A stretch of 64,000 bases of DNA from Limnochordaceae bacterium (GTDB lineage: Bacteria > Bacillota > Limnochordia > Limnochordales > DUMU01), in the NCBI GenBank assembly GCA_014896305.1, contig JADBKQ010000012.1, positions 62,128-126,127 of the forward strand, given 5' to 3'. Below, in pieces: positions 38,908 to 48,369 of the stretch; the stretch's first letter is position 1, and every line of letters begins with the position of its first letter. Both the position numbers and the translations under genes were made by a program. The notes beneath the pieces were generated by a model. That model made no database searches. It was not told the DNA's origin and was given only the letters and a program-made list of their open reading frames with translations.

Positions 38908-39366
38908 ATGGCAATCAGCACAGCTCCGGCCCCAGGGCAGGTAACCACTGCCCGCCCGTCCATCATCGTGCTGCTACAGGAGGTCCAGGAAAAGTACGGC
39001 TACCTCCCCAGAGAAGAGGTGGTCCGCTGTGCCCGGGAAGCTGGCATATCGGTGGCTCAGGCGTACGGCGTAGCCAGCTTTTACAACCTGTTCAAGTTGA
39101 CGAAGCCGGGCAAGTACACCATCCGGATTTGCCAGGGCACTGCCTGCCATGTGCAGGGCGGACAGGGCGTTCTGGAGCGGCTCATGTCCGAGTTGAAGAT
39201 CCAGCCAGGGGAGACCACCGCCGACGGGCTGTTTAGCCTGGAGATCGTGGCTTGTCTGGGTGCTTGCAGCATGTCACCCACCATGGTCATCGGCGACCAG
39301 GTCTATGGGCGGGTTACCACCAAGGAGATTCCGCGCATTCTCAATCGGTACCGCAGGAAGGGGTAA
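38908..39366 (+). CDS. hydC: [FeFe] hydrogenase NuoE-like [2Fe-2S] subunit
   Basis: YGYLPREEV..., CQGTACHVQG, ACLGACSMSPTMVI. GGAGGGAG lies upstream. Confidence 0.85.
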   Translation: MAISTAPAPGQVTTARPSIIVLLQEVQEKYGYLPREEVVRCAREAGISVAQAYGVASFYNLFKLTKPGKYTIRICQGTACHVQGGQGVLERLMSELKIQPGETTADGLFSLEIVACLGACSMSPTMVIGDQVYGRVTTKEIPRILNRYRRKG

Positions 39367-39369
39367 ACC

Positions 39370-41346
39370 ATGGCGATTGCACAGCAGTGGGTAGGAACGG
39401 CTACCCGGCCTCTGGGTGTCCGTCCTCGCCAGCAGACGACCGAGCCCGTTTTCTACGTGGGAGCAGGGACGTGTGGCCTGGCTGCCGGGGCGGAGCGAGT
39501 ATTGTCCGTCCTCGAGGAGGAGCTGGCCAGCCGTCATGTTCCTGCCGTCGTCAAGAGGGTTGGTTGTATTGGAATGTGCAAGTGGGAAGTCATGGTGGAC
39601 ATCTGGCTTCCCAACCGTCCTCGCCTTTCTTTTGGGCCGGTGGATGACAAAAGCGTTAAACGGCTTCTCCACGAGTACATCGATAATGGCGTTGTGCCTG
39701 GCGATCTGCTCCTGGGGGTTGCCCTGGGGCATGAGCAGCCGTCGGAGGACATTCAGGCCACTGTCAGTCCGCAGGAGTGGCTGATGGCACCGGTGCAGCC
39801 GGGGCCGGATGAACCGGCAGCGCGCCAGCGGTTACCGTTGCTGCGGGAGCACCCCATGATGCGCAAGCAGCTGCGCATCGTGCTGCAAAACTGCGGCCTC
39901 ATCGATCCGGAATCCCTCGACGAGTACATTGAGGCGGGAGGGTACCAGGCCCTGCAGCAGGCGCTTTCCGACATGACCCCGGAGAAGGTCATTGAAGAGG
40001 TAAGCTTGTCTGGGCTGCGGGGGCGAGGTGGTGCAGGCTTCCCAACCGGGAAAAAGTGGCAGTTGGCCAGGCAGGCGAGCGGTTCACCCAAGTATATGAT
40101 CTGCAACGCCGACGAGGGCGATCCTGGCGCCTTTATGGACCGCAGCGTGCTGGAAGGCGATCCGTTCCGGGTACTGGAGGGCATGACCATCGGCGCCTAC
40201 GCGGTGGGAGCAAGCCAGGGGTTCGTTTATGTGCGGGCGGAGTATCCTCTGGCAGTCACCCGGCTGCGGCAGGCCATCGAGGCAGCCCGACGCGAAGGCT
40301 ACCTGGGAGAGCACATTCTGGGGACGGACTTTTCCTTTGATATTGACCTGAAGATCGGGGCAGGGGCGTTCGTCTGCGGCGAAGAGACCGCCCTCATCGC
40401 CTCGGTGGAAGGACGGCGCGGGATGCCCAGGCCACGGCCGCCCTACCCAGCCCAACGGGGAGTCTTTGGCTGCCCCACCAACATCAATAACGTGGAGACG
40501 TATGCGAACGTTCCCGATATCGTGCTGCGGGGGGGACGCTGGTTTGCCAGCATCGGCACGGAGAAGAGCAAAGGGACCAAGGTCTTTGCTCTCAGCGGCA
40601 AGGTGAAGTGGAGCGGGTTGATCGAGGTGCCGATGGGGATCCCCGTGCGGGAGATCATCTACGACATTGGCGGCGGCATCGTGGGGGACAAGAAGTTCAA
40701 AGCGGTGCAAATGGGCGGACCATCCGGCGGCTGCCTGCCGGAAGAGAAGCTCGACACCCCCGTGGATTACGATTCGCTGGTTCAGGCGGGGGTGATCATG
40801 GGGTCGGGCGGCATGGTGGTCATGGATGAGTCCAACTGTATGGTAGACGTTGCCCGGTTCTTCCTGAACTTCTGCAAAGACGAGTCATGTGGGCAGTGCA
40901 CGCCCTGCCGGGAAGGGATTACCCGGCTATACGGGATGCTCGAGAAAATGGTGCACCGGCCCGAGCCGAACGATGACAGCGCCCCCGAAGAGCGTCGCCA
41001 GCAGCTTGCTCAAGTGGAGCGGTTGGCCCGGGCGATTCGCGATACCTCGCTGTGTGGTTTGGGGCAAACCGCCCCCAACCCGGTGCTAAGCACGTTACGG
41101 TACTTTGGCGACGAGTACGTGGCTCACGTGGTCGAACATCGTTGCCCGGCCGGGGTCTGCAGCGATCTTCTGGTCTACAGCATCGATGCAGGGCTGTGCA
41201 CGGGCTGCGGTCTGTGTGCCCGCAACTGCCCGTCAGGGGCAATCGGCGGTGAAAAGGGGCAACCGTACCACATCAACCCGGACATCTGTCAGCGCTGCGT
41301 CCTCTGCCTGCGGATCTGCAATTTCGGCGCAGTCAAGGCCGCCTGA
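39370..41346 (+). CDS. hydB: [FeFe] hydrogenase NuoF-like flavoprotein subunit (NAD(P)H/FMN, Fe-S)
   Basis: GLRGRGGAGFPTGKKW, MICNADEGDPGAFMDR, ESCGQCTPCREG and two C-terminal CxxCxxCxxxCP ferredoxin motifs. Confidence 0.9.
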   Translation: MAIAQQWVGTATRPLGVRPRQQTTEPVFYVGAGTCGLAAGAERVLSVLEEELASRHVPAVVKRVGCIGMCKWEVMVDIWLPNRPRLSFGPVDDKSVKRLLHEYIDNGVVPGDLLLGVALGHEQPSEDIQATVSPQEWLMAPVQPGPDEPAARQRLPLLREHPMMRKQLRIVLQNCGLIDPESLDEYIEAGGYQALQQALSDMTPEKVIEEVSLSGLRGRGGAGFPTGKKWQLARQASGSPKYMICNADEGDPGAFMDRSVLEGDPFRVLEGMTIGAYAVGASQGFVYVRAEYPLAVTRLRQAIEAARREGYLGEHILGTDFSFDIDLKIGAGAFVCGEETALIASVEGRRGMPRPRPPYPAQRGVFGCPTNINNVETYANVPDIVLRGGRWFASIGTEKSKGTKVFALSGKVKWSGLIEVPMGIPVREIIYDIGGGIVGDKKFKAVQMGGPSGGCLPEEKLDTPVDYDSLVQAGVIMGSGGMVVMDESNCMVDVARFFLNFCKDESCGQCTPCREGITRLYGMLEKMVHRPEPNDDSAPEERRQQLAQVERLARAIRDTSLCGLGQTAPNPVLSTLRYFGDEYVAHVVEHRCPAGVCSDLLVYSIDAGLCTGCGLCARNCPSGAIGGEKGQPYHINPDICQRCVLCLRICNFGAVKAA

Positions 41347-41372
41347 GGGCTATGGAGAGGGGATGAAAGAAT

Positions 41373-43235
41373 ATGCAAAATGGCGCGATGGGTGGAACTG
41401 GGGTCAACGGTGCGACCCCCGGTGCGAATGCAGGCAAGCAGCTACCGGTCCAGGAGCAAACGGTGACCATTCGCGTCAACGGCCAGCCGGTGCAGGCTCG
41501 GGCGGGAGCGAATCTGCTGGAAGTGCTAAAGAACAATGGCTTTGGTGTACCGAGCCTGTGTTATCTCGAGAAGTTGCCGGCGATTGGCGCTTGCCGGCTT
41601 TGTTTGGTGGAAATCAAGGGAGTGCCGAAACTGCAAACCTCTTGCACCACGACGGTGAACGAGGGGATGGAGATCCTGACCCACTCCCCGCGGGTGCGGG
41701 AGGCTCGCCGGACCGTCTTGCAACTCTTGTTGGCCGACCACCCCAATGACTGCCTGTTTTGTGTGCGTTCCGGCGATTGTGAACTGCAGGCGTTGGCTCA
41801 GGAGTATGGCGTGCAGGACCGGCTGTTTGGCGAACCGCTGCGCCACTACGAGAAAGACCTGAGCACGCCGTCGCTGCAGTATGACCCGAACAAGTGTGTC
41901 TTGTGCGAACGGTGCGTGCGGACCTGCACCGAAGTTCAGACGGTGAACGCGATCGGACTTGTGCGCCGCGGCATCAAGATGCGGGTGGCGCCGCCGTTCG
42001 AGACAGACTGGGCAGAATGTGGCTGCACGTACTGCGGGCAGTGCGCCAAGGCCTGCCCAACGGGCGCTCTGACTGAGAAAGATGATACCGATAGGCTCTG
42101 GGCGGCGCTGGCGGATCCGGACAAGGTGGTCGTCGCTCAGATTGCACCGGCGGTCCGGGTAACCGTGGGAGAACGCTGGGCCACTCAACGTCGGCTAGGC
42201 CCCGCCGACATTCCAGCTGATTTCTCCGAGCGGATCGTTGCCGCCCTGAAGGCTGCCGGCGTACGGGCGGTGTTCGACACACAGTTCTCCGCGGACTTGA
42301 CGATCATGGAGGAGACCCACGAGTTCGTAGAGCGGCTGAAGCAGGGGAAACGGCTGCCGATCTTCACCTCTTGCTGCCCGGCCTGGGTTCGTTTTGTAGA
42401 GCTGTACTTCCCCCAATTGACGGAGCACTTGTCCAGCTGCAAGTCGCCCCAGGGAATGATGGGGGCACTGCTCAAGAGCTACTATGCCCGGAAGGTCGGA
42501 GTGGATCCGGCCGCGATCACGGTGGTGTCCATCATGCCCTGCACGGCCAAGAAGTTCGAGGCGACCCGGCCGGAGTTGGGGCAGAACGGGCGGCCAGACG
42601 TGGATATTGTCCTGACTACGCGTGAGTTGATCCGCTTCATGGAGCAAGCGGGGATCGACCCCGGCAGACTGGCGCCACAACCGTTCGATGACCCGCTAGG
42701 TGAGTCGACAGGGGCGGCAGCCATTTTCGGGGCGAGTGGCGGAGTGGCTGAGGCAGCGCTGCGGACGGCCCACTACCTGGTTACAGGGGAGGACCCGAAG
42801 TACATGGAGTTCAAGCAGGTGCGGGGTTGGGACAACCTGCGCAGTGCTGAACTGCAGCTAAACGGTACGACGGTGAAGTGCGCGGTCGTCAGTAGTCTTG
42901 GTGGGGCGCGCCGATTGCTGGAGTCGGGGCAATTCCAGGAGTACGATTTCGTGGAAGTCATGGCTTGCCCGGGTGGATGCGTCAACGGCGGTGGGCAGCT
43001 GCGGCAGGCAGGTAGTGATCGGGTCGCGCTGCGGGCGGCCGGCCTCTATGTGATCGATGAGAAAAAGCGAGAGCGGGCCTCCCATCATAATCCGGCCATA
43101 GCCGCGGTATACTCGGAGTTTCTGGGTGAACCTGGCTCCCCCGTGGCCCATCGCCTGCTGCACACACACTATTCTCCGCAGGATGTGGACACGATCCTGG
43201 CGGGGACGGGGGCAGCAGCTACTCGCGAGGAGTAG
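41373..43235 (+). CDS. hydA: [FeFe] hydrogenase catalytic subunit
   Basis: N-terminal 2Fe-2S and 4Fe-4S domains. H-cluster motifs are TSCCPAWV (L1), MPCTAKKFE (L2) and EVMACPGGCVNGGGQ (L3). Confidence 0.95.
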   Translation: MQNGAMGGTGVNGATPGANAGKQLPVQEQTVTIRVNGQPVQARAGANLLEVLKNNGFGVPSLCYLEKLPAIGACRLCLVEIKGVPKLQTSCTTTVNEGMEILTHSPRVREARRTVLQLLLADHPNDCLFCVRSGDCELQALAQEYGVQDRLFGEPLRHYEKDLSTPSLQYDPNKCVLCERCVRTCTEVQTVNAIGLVRRGIKMRVAPPFETDWAECGCTYCGQCAKACPTGALTEKDDTDRLWAALADPDKVVVAQIAPAVRVTVGERWATQRRLGPADIPADFSERIVAALKAAGVRAVFDTQFSADLTIMEETHEFVERLKQGKRLPIFTSCCPAWVRFVELYFPQLTEHLSSCKSPQGMMGALLKSYYARKVGVDPAAITVVSIMPCTAKKFEATRPELGQNGRPDVDIVLTTRELIRFMEQAGIDPGRLAPQPFDDPLGESTGAAAIFGASGGVAEAALRTAHYLVTGEDPKYMEFKQVRGWDNLRSAELQLNGTTVKCAVVSSLGGARRLLESGQFQEYDFVEVMACPGGCVNGGGQLRQAGSDRVALRAAGLYVIDEKKRERASHHNPAIAAVYSEFLGEPGSPVAHRLLHTHYSPQDVDTILAGTGAAATREE

Positions 43236-43238
43236 AGA

Positions 43239-43829
43239 GTGGAGGTCAGCTTACAAGAAAGGGGAGCGGCTCAAGTGGCGGTGGAAAAGCGAACGTTGGG
43301 CAAGGATGCCGCTTCACCGGAACCGGTGCGCATGCATGCCTTGTTCGTAGCCAGGAGCGCGGTGTTGCTGGCTCTGGCGATGGCGGTGCAGATGCTGGGG
43401 TTGCCGCAACTGGTGACCGGGAGTGTCGTAAATACGGTCTTATATCTGACAGCGTTGGCGGCGCCGCCTCTTTACGGGGTGGCGGTGGGTTGCTTGACAC
43501 CGGTCATTGCGTTGCTGCGGGGAATCCTGGCGGCACCGGCCGCACCGCTCGTGCCGTTCATCGCGGTGGGCAACGGGGTGTTGGTCTTGATCTTTTGGCT
43601 GTTTTGCCGCCGCATGCACTGGCAGGGCCGACACGTGGCCGGGGTGGTGGTGGCATCGGTGGTGAAGGCCGGTTGGTTGGCCGTGGCGGCCGGTTACCTG
43701 GTCCATGTGCCGGCCAAGCTGGTGGCGACGATGCAATGGCCGCAGCTGGTGACGGCGTTGATCGGCGGCGCGATCACGCTGGCCCTGCTCCCCGTGCTCC
43801 GTCCCTGGCTGAACAGGCAGGCCAGCTGA
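43239..43829 (+). CDS. small polytopic membrane protein, ECF-transporter S-component-like
   Basis: GTG 43239 lies 3 nt after the hydA stop, with GAGGAG 6 nt upstream. There are 5-6 hydrophobic helices (AVLLALAMAVQMLGLP.., GSVVNTVLYLTAL.., LVPFIAVGNGVLVLIFWLF.., GVVVASVVKAGWLAVAAGYL.., LVTALIGGAITLALLPVL). A terminator follows. Confidence 0.5.
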   Translation: MEVSLQERGAAQVAVEKRTLGKDAASPEPVRMHALFVARSAVLLALAMAVQMLGLPQLVTGSVVNTVLYLTALAAPPLYGVAVGCLTPVIALLRGILAAPAAPLVPFIAVGNGVLVLIFWLFCRRMHWQGRHVAGVVVASVVKAGWLAVAAGYLVHVPAKLVATMQWPQLVTALIGGAITLALLPVLRPWLNRQAS

Positions 43830-43861
43830 GGCCAAGCGGTACGCTGAGGTCGAGCGGAGAT

Positions 43862-43891
43862 GTGGGTCGCGTTCAGGCGGCCCACTTTTTT
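43862..43891 (+). terminator. rho-independent terminator closing the hyd operon
   Basis: 9-bp stem GTGGGTCGC / GCGGCCCAC (one G-U pair), 6-nt loop, then TTTTTT. Confidence 0.8.
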
Positions 43892-44101
43892 GTATGCGTG
43901 CGTGCGCGTGGTGTGTGCATATGGGTTCGGTGCCGCTCTCAAAAGGCTTTGTGCGTTCATGTGACCCTCGACAAAAGGAATCTCCCAGGCCATGGCGAAA
44001 TTGCCGGCGTGCGTCCGGCGAGTCGAAGCCCAGGTGACGGGCGGGATGGACCAGCGCAACACGGCTTTAGACCCAAGGTGGTCTGGGGGAGGCAGAAGCG
44101 G

Positions 44102-45437
44102 ATGCAATTCTCCCGCAAGCTAGCGTACAGCGGTGGGTCGCTGGGGTCGGGGTTACTGTCTCAGGCATTCAACACGTACATATTGTTTTTCTACTTGGAC
44201 TACCTGAAGGCACCGGCTCTGGCGATCGGAAGCGTGATGACCGCATATGGGATCTGGAATGCGATCAACGACCCTCTCTTCGGGCTAATCTCTGATCGCA
44301 CCCAAACCCGTTGGGGACGGCGCATCCCGTACATTGCCTTCGGAACCTTGCCTTTGATGATTGCATTCGCTCTCCTGTGGATGCCTCCGTTTACGAGCCA
44401 GCAGCCACATCTGCTGGTTGCATACTTTGCTTTGATGACATTTCTGTGGGATGGCCTTTATACCCTCGTGATCCTCAATTGGACGGCTCTTTTTCCCGAG
44501 ATGTTTCCGTCGCTGGCGGAGCGAAGTCAAGTGTCTGCCTTGAGGCAGATGTTTTCGATCATCGGCATGATTGGTGGCATTGCGTTGGTGCCCATGATTC
44601 GAGGAGCTATAGGTTGGGCCAATATGGGGATCTTGTTTGCGGTGATCTCGGGCATTTCGCTGTATGTCGCACTGGCAGGTTCAAGGGAGGATCCAGACAA
44701 GCTGAGCAAAGAGAAGCCAATAGGCTTGGTGGAATCCGTGACAAGGACTTTTACCACGCCTTCTTTTCCCTATTATGTGATAGCCAACTTTTTGATTCAG
44801 CTTGCTTTTACGATTCTTACCGCCGTGTTGCCGTTCTACATCAAGTACGTCCTGCACCTCAACGACAACCAGAGTACCGCGCTGCTCGGTACGGTGCTGG
44901 TCGTTGCCTTCCTGGCGATGCCGGCCTGGAGTGTGATCACGGCCCGCAAGGGCGGACGGACGGCCATGTTGATCGGCCTGGTCACCTTTGGCGTGCTCTT
45001 GTGGGGCTTCTGGTTTGCCCACAGCTTTGCCAGCGGCATGATGGCCGGTGCGCTGGCCGGGTTGGGGTTGGCCTCCTTGATGATGCTGCTCGACGTGTTG
45101 TTGGCTGACATCATCGATGAAGACGAGGTGCGGACGGGACAGCGGCGAGAGGGGGCGTTCTTCGGTATCCAGGCGTTCGTCATTCGCCTGGGCATCTCGG
45201 TGGAGTCCTTGCTGGTCACTTCCTTGCTCCACTCGGCGGGCTACGTAAGCAGGGCAGCCCACGCAACCAGCGGCTGTCATCCTGGTTCTGAGGCTATTGT
45301 TGTCGGGCATCCCCGCCCTCTTGCTCGCCATCGCCTGGGTCTGTGTCTGGTTTTACCCGCTGCATGGGGAGAAGCTGGCCCAGGTGCGGGCCGCTCTGAT
45401 GGCCAAGCGCCCGGAGGGGAGTCAGGCTCGCAGCTGA
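44102..45437 (+). pseudogene. GPH-family (glycoside-pentoside-hexuronide:cation symporter) MFS transporter with a +1 frame break near 45248
   Basis: MQFSRKLAYSGGSLGSGL..NDPLFGLISDRTQTRWGRRIPY is the GPH signature. After ..LLHSAGYV the hydrophobic last helix and tail (QPTQPAAVILVLRLLLSGIPALLLAIAWVCVWFYPLHGEKLAQVRAALMAKR..*) continue in the next frame (45249-45437). The original frame gives non-membrane sequence running into the convergent rbsK. Confidence 0.7.
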
Positions 45438-45534
45438 GAGGTCGCGCAGCCCGCTGGCTGAGGGCGATTGTGCCGGCAGCCAGCGAATCAGCCGGCGACG
45501 AGTACGCTAGCGTCGCCTTACCTGTTGTTCTTTA

Positions 45535-46527
45535 CTACTCAACGTTGTGTTGGCGCAGGAAGTCCGAGACTTCGTCGGCGGTGGGCAGGGAGGGCTGTGC
45601 ACCAGCCCGGGTGACAGAAAGAGCGGCCACGGCGCAGGCGTAACGGGCAGCGGCAGCCAGCGACTCGCCCCGGGTCAGGGCAACGGCTAGCCCACCGCAG
45701 AACGCATCACCGGCAGCGGTGGTGTCCACCACGCGCACAGGGAAGGCCGGTACCCATGTGGAGAAGGAACGATCGGCGACCAGAGCGCCCTGTTCACCGG
45801 CGGTAATGACGAGCTGATGGACCCCCTGCTGCAGGAGGGAGGTGGCAGCTGCGGCAGCCACCTCCCCCTTGACTCCGGCAGATTCGAGGCCGGGGACGGC
45901 TGCGGAAGCCAGAGCCAGGGCCTCGGGCTCATTGGGCACGAGAAGATCGACCAGGGGCCACCAGTCGTGGACGTACCGGGCGAGTAGTTCTCCGGAGGGA
46001 GCTGGGGCTGGATTGAGCAGCACACGGCAATGGTGCTGGGCAGCAACTCGCAGCGCGGTCGTGACGGTAGGCAAGGGGATTTCCAATTGGATCAGCACGA
46101 TCTGGGCCCAGGCGAACCATTCTGCAGCCGCCTCCACCTGGGCGGGGGAGAGAGCATGGTTTGCGCCGGGCACGACGATGATCCGGTTTTGGCCGTTGTC
46201 CTCCACCACGATCCATGCCGTCCCGGTGGGCGCGTCTGGGCAACGGCCGATGGCGGTGGTACAGATTCCTTCCTCGTTCAAATGCTGAACGAGCTGATCG
46301 CCAGCGGCGTCCTGCCCGACGTTGCCGAGGAAAGTGACGGATGCGCCCAGGCGGGCAGCCGCCACCGCCTGGTTCGCCCCTTTGCCGCCGGGGAAGCGTT
46401 GCAGGGAGCTGCCCAGTACGGTTTCACCCGCTTCCGGGGCATGCTGGACGCGAACCACCACGTCCTGGTTGATGCTGCCAACCACCAGAATACGGGGAGG
46501 CGCAGCTGTTTGCACGGACTCAGGCAT
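45535..46527 (-). CDS. rbsK: ribokinase
   Basis: ILVVGSINQDVVV, FPGGKGANQAVAAARLG and C-terminal VVDTTAAGDAFCGGLAVAL. ATG 46527 follows AAAGGAG. Confidence 0.85.
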   Translation of the reverse strand: MPESVQTAAPPRILVVGSINQDVVVRVQHAPEAGETVLGSSLQRFPGGKGANQAVAAARLGASVTFLGNVGQDAAGDQLVQHLNEEGICTTAIGRCPDAPTGTAWIVVEDNGQNRIIVVPGANHALSPAQVEAAAEWFAWAQIVLIQLEIPLPTVTTALRVAAQHHCRVLLNPAPAPSGELLARYVHDWWPLVDLLVPNEPEALALASAAVPGLESAGVKGEVAAAAATSLLQQGVHQLVITAGEQGALVADRSFSTWVPAFPVRVVDTTAAGDAFCGGLAVALTRGESLAAAARYACAVAALSVTRAGAQPSLPTADEVSDFLRQHNVE

Positions 46528-46704
46528 GGGGCAGGCTCCTTTCGTTTGGCGACGCCACCGGTTTCGACGCCAGCAGGTGCTTTCCTGCCGGTCAGAGAAG
46601 TCAACCTCCTGGCGGGGGATGGGGCGCGGAGCGCTGTTCAAGAGGGGACAGGGGTCGGGAGTGGAAGTATAGCAGGGATAGCCGCCGTGAAGGCCAAGGA
46701 GGGA

Positions 46705-48255
46705 ATGGGGTTGACGCGGTCAGTAGCGCACTGGGACGAGAAGTATCAGGAGTTGCAGCATCGGGTGGAAGAGGTGGTCAACCTGGGCCGAGCGGAGGGG
46801 GTGCTGAGCTGGGACCAGCAGACGTACATGCCTCCGGGTGGGGCGCAGGCGCGAGCAGAGTCGGCGGCGGCGCTGGCCCGGATCGTGCACGAGCGCATCA
46901 CCGACCCGCACACGGGCGAGTTGCTGAACGATCTTTCCACCACCTTGCCCGAACTCCATCCGGATTCGGTGGAAGCGGCCTTTTTGCGGGTGGTCAAGCG
47001 GGAGTACGACCGGCTGGTCAAGCTGCCTGCCCGCTGGGTAGAGGAGAACGCCCGGGTTTCGTCGTTGGCGCAGGTCGTGTGGGTTAAAGCGAAGCAGGAG
47101 AGCGATTTCTCCAGTTTTGCTCCGTATTTGGAACGGCTGTTTGCGCTGGCACGCGAGGCCGCGGACTACCTGGGGTACGAAGAGCGGCCCTACGATGCCC
47201 TGCTTGCACAATACGAACCCGGGGTGCGGGCGAGTCAGTTAGAGCGCTGGTTTGCGGAACTGAAACCCGTTCTGACCCGCCTGGTGCAGGAGATTGCCAG
47301 CAAGCAGCCGGGTGGCCTGCCAGCTACAGCGGACGACGAGCCGTTCGGCCCGGCAGCGGAGTTTCCCGATGCGCAGCAGTGGGAGTTGGGCCAGCGCGTA
47401 CTGCGGGCCATGGGCTTCGACTTTCAGCGGGGGCGGCAGGACCGGTCCATCCATCCGTTTACCACGTCGTTCTCACCGGGCGACGTACGGATCACAACGT
47501 GGATCGTGCCCCGTAATTTCCTCTCGGCTTTGTACTCGACGGTTCACGAGGGAGGGCATGCTCTCTACGAACAAGGAATACCGCCCGAGTTGAGCCGAAT
47601 TGGCCTGGGGCAGCCGTCACTGGGGGTGCACGAGTCGCAAAGCCGCCTGTGGGAAAACATTGTCGGACGATCACGGGAGTTTTGGCAGTATTGGCTGCCC
47701 CAGGCGCAAGAGCTGTTTCCGGGCCAGCTGTCAGGGTTTACCGTCGAGAGTATGTACCACTTGGTCAATCAGGTGCGACCGTCGTTCATTCGTACGGAGG
47801 CGGATGAGGTCACGTACAATCTTCACATCTTCGTCCGTTTTGAACTGGAGCTGGCGCTGCTGGAACGCCGTCTGGAGGTGGCGGAGTTGCCGGAGGCCTG
47901 GAATCGGAAAATGGAACAGTACCTGGGCATCTGTCCCCCGGACGCGGCGCGGGGGGTGCTTCAGGATGTGCACTGGTCCGATGGGCTGATCGGCTACTTC
48001 CCCACCTATGCGCTGGGCAACATCCTCTCGGCCCAGTTCTACGAGCAGGCGCTGGCAGAAGTCCCGTCCATTCCAGCGGAAATTGCCCGCGGCCATCTAT
48101 TGCCTCTGAAGGAGTGGCTCAACCAGCGAATTCATGTGCATGGGGGCAAGTATGAGTCGCAGGTCCTCGTTCAGAAGGTGACGGGGCAGCCGCTCGTGAC
48201 CCAACCCTATCTGCAGTACATTCAGGCGAAGTATAGCGAGTTGTATGGGCTGTAA
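46705..48255 (+). CDS. M32 family carboxypeptidase (Taq-type)
   Basis: LSWDQQTYMPPGG, zinc site HEGGHALYEQG, HESQSRLWEN, IRTEADEVTYNLHI. The start is ATG 46705 or GTG 46687. Confidence 0.85.
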   Translation: MGLTRSVAHWDEKYQELQHRVEEVVNLGRAEGVLSWDQQTYMPPGGAQARAESAAALARIVHERITDPHTGELLNDLSTTLPELHPDSVEAAFLRVVKREYDRLVKLPARWVEENARVSSLAQVVWVKAKQESDFSSFAPYLERLFALAREAADYLGYEERPYDALLAQYEPGVRASQLERWFAELKPVLTRLVQEIASKQPGGLPATADDEPFGPAAEFPDAQQWELGQRVLRAMGFDFQRGRQDRSIHPFTTSFSPGDVRITTWIVPRNFLSALYSTVHEGGHALYEQGIPPELSRIGLGQPSLGVHESQSRLWENIVGRSREFWQYWLPQAQELFPGQLSGFTVESMYHLVNQVRPSFIRTEADEVTYNLHIFVRFELELALLERRLEVAELPEAWNRKMEQYLGICPPDAARGVLQDVHWSDGLIGYFPTYALGNILSAQFYEQALAEVPSIPAEIARGHLLPLKEWLNQRIHVHGGKYESQVLVQKVTGQPLVTQPYLQYIQAKYSELYGL

Positions 48256-48369
48256 GTGTAAGCGGTGGGGGAGGGGTAGGGAGGCAGTGGACTCGAAAAG
48301 GGGCACAGCGCCCCGCCCCTTCCTGCCGGCCCGGTTCGACCAGGGGCTGAAGCTGTACTGCAATCGGGC

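Noticed and set aside
43490-44101. N-terminal 204 codons (and the 45438-45643 tail) of the 717-aa ORF 43490-45643
   Set aside because: The upstream part overlaps the membrane-protein gene and the hyd terminator in another frame. The tail overlaps the convergent rbsK. Transporter homology begins at ATG 44102 and ends in the +1 frame at 45437.
48262-48290. G-rich run GGTGGGGGAGGGGTAGGGAGG after the M32 carboxypeptidase gene, considered as a G-quadruplex motif
   Set aside because: Only three runs have three or more G residues and the fourth is GG. In a GC-rich genome this is not exceptional.
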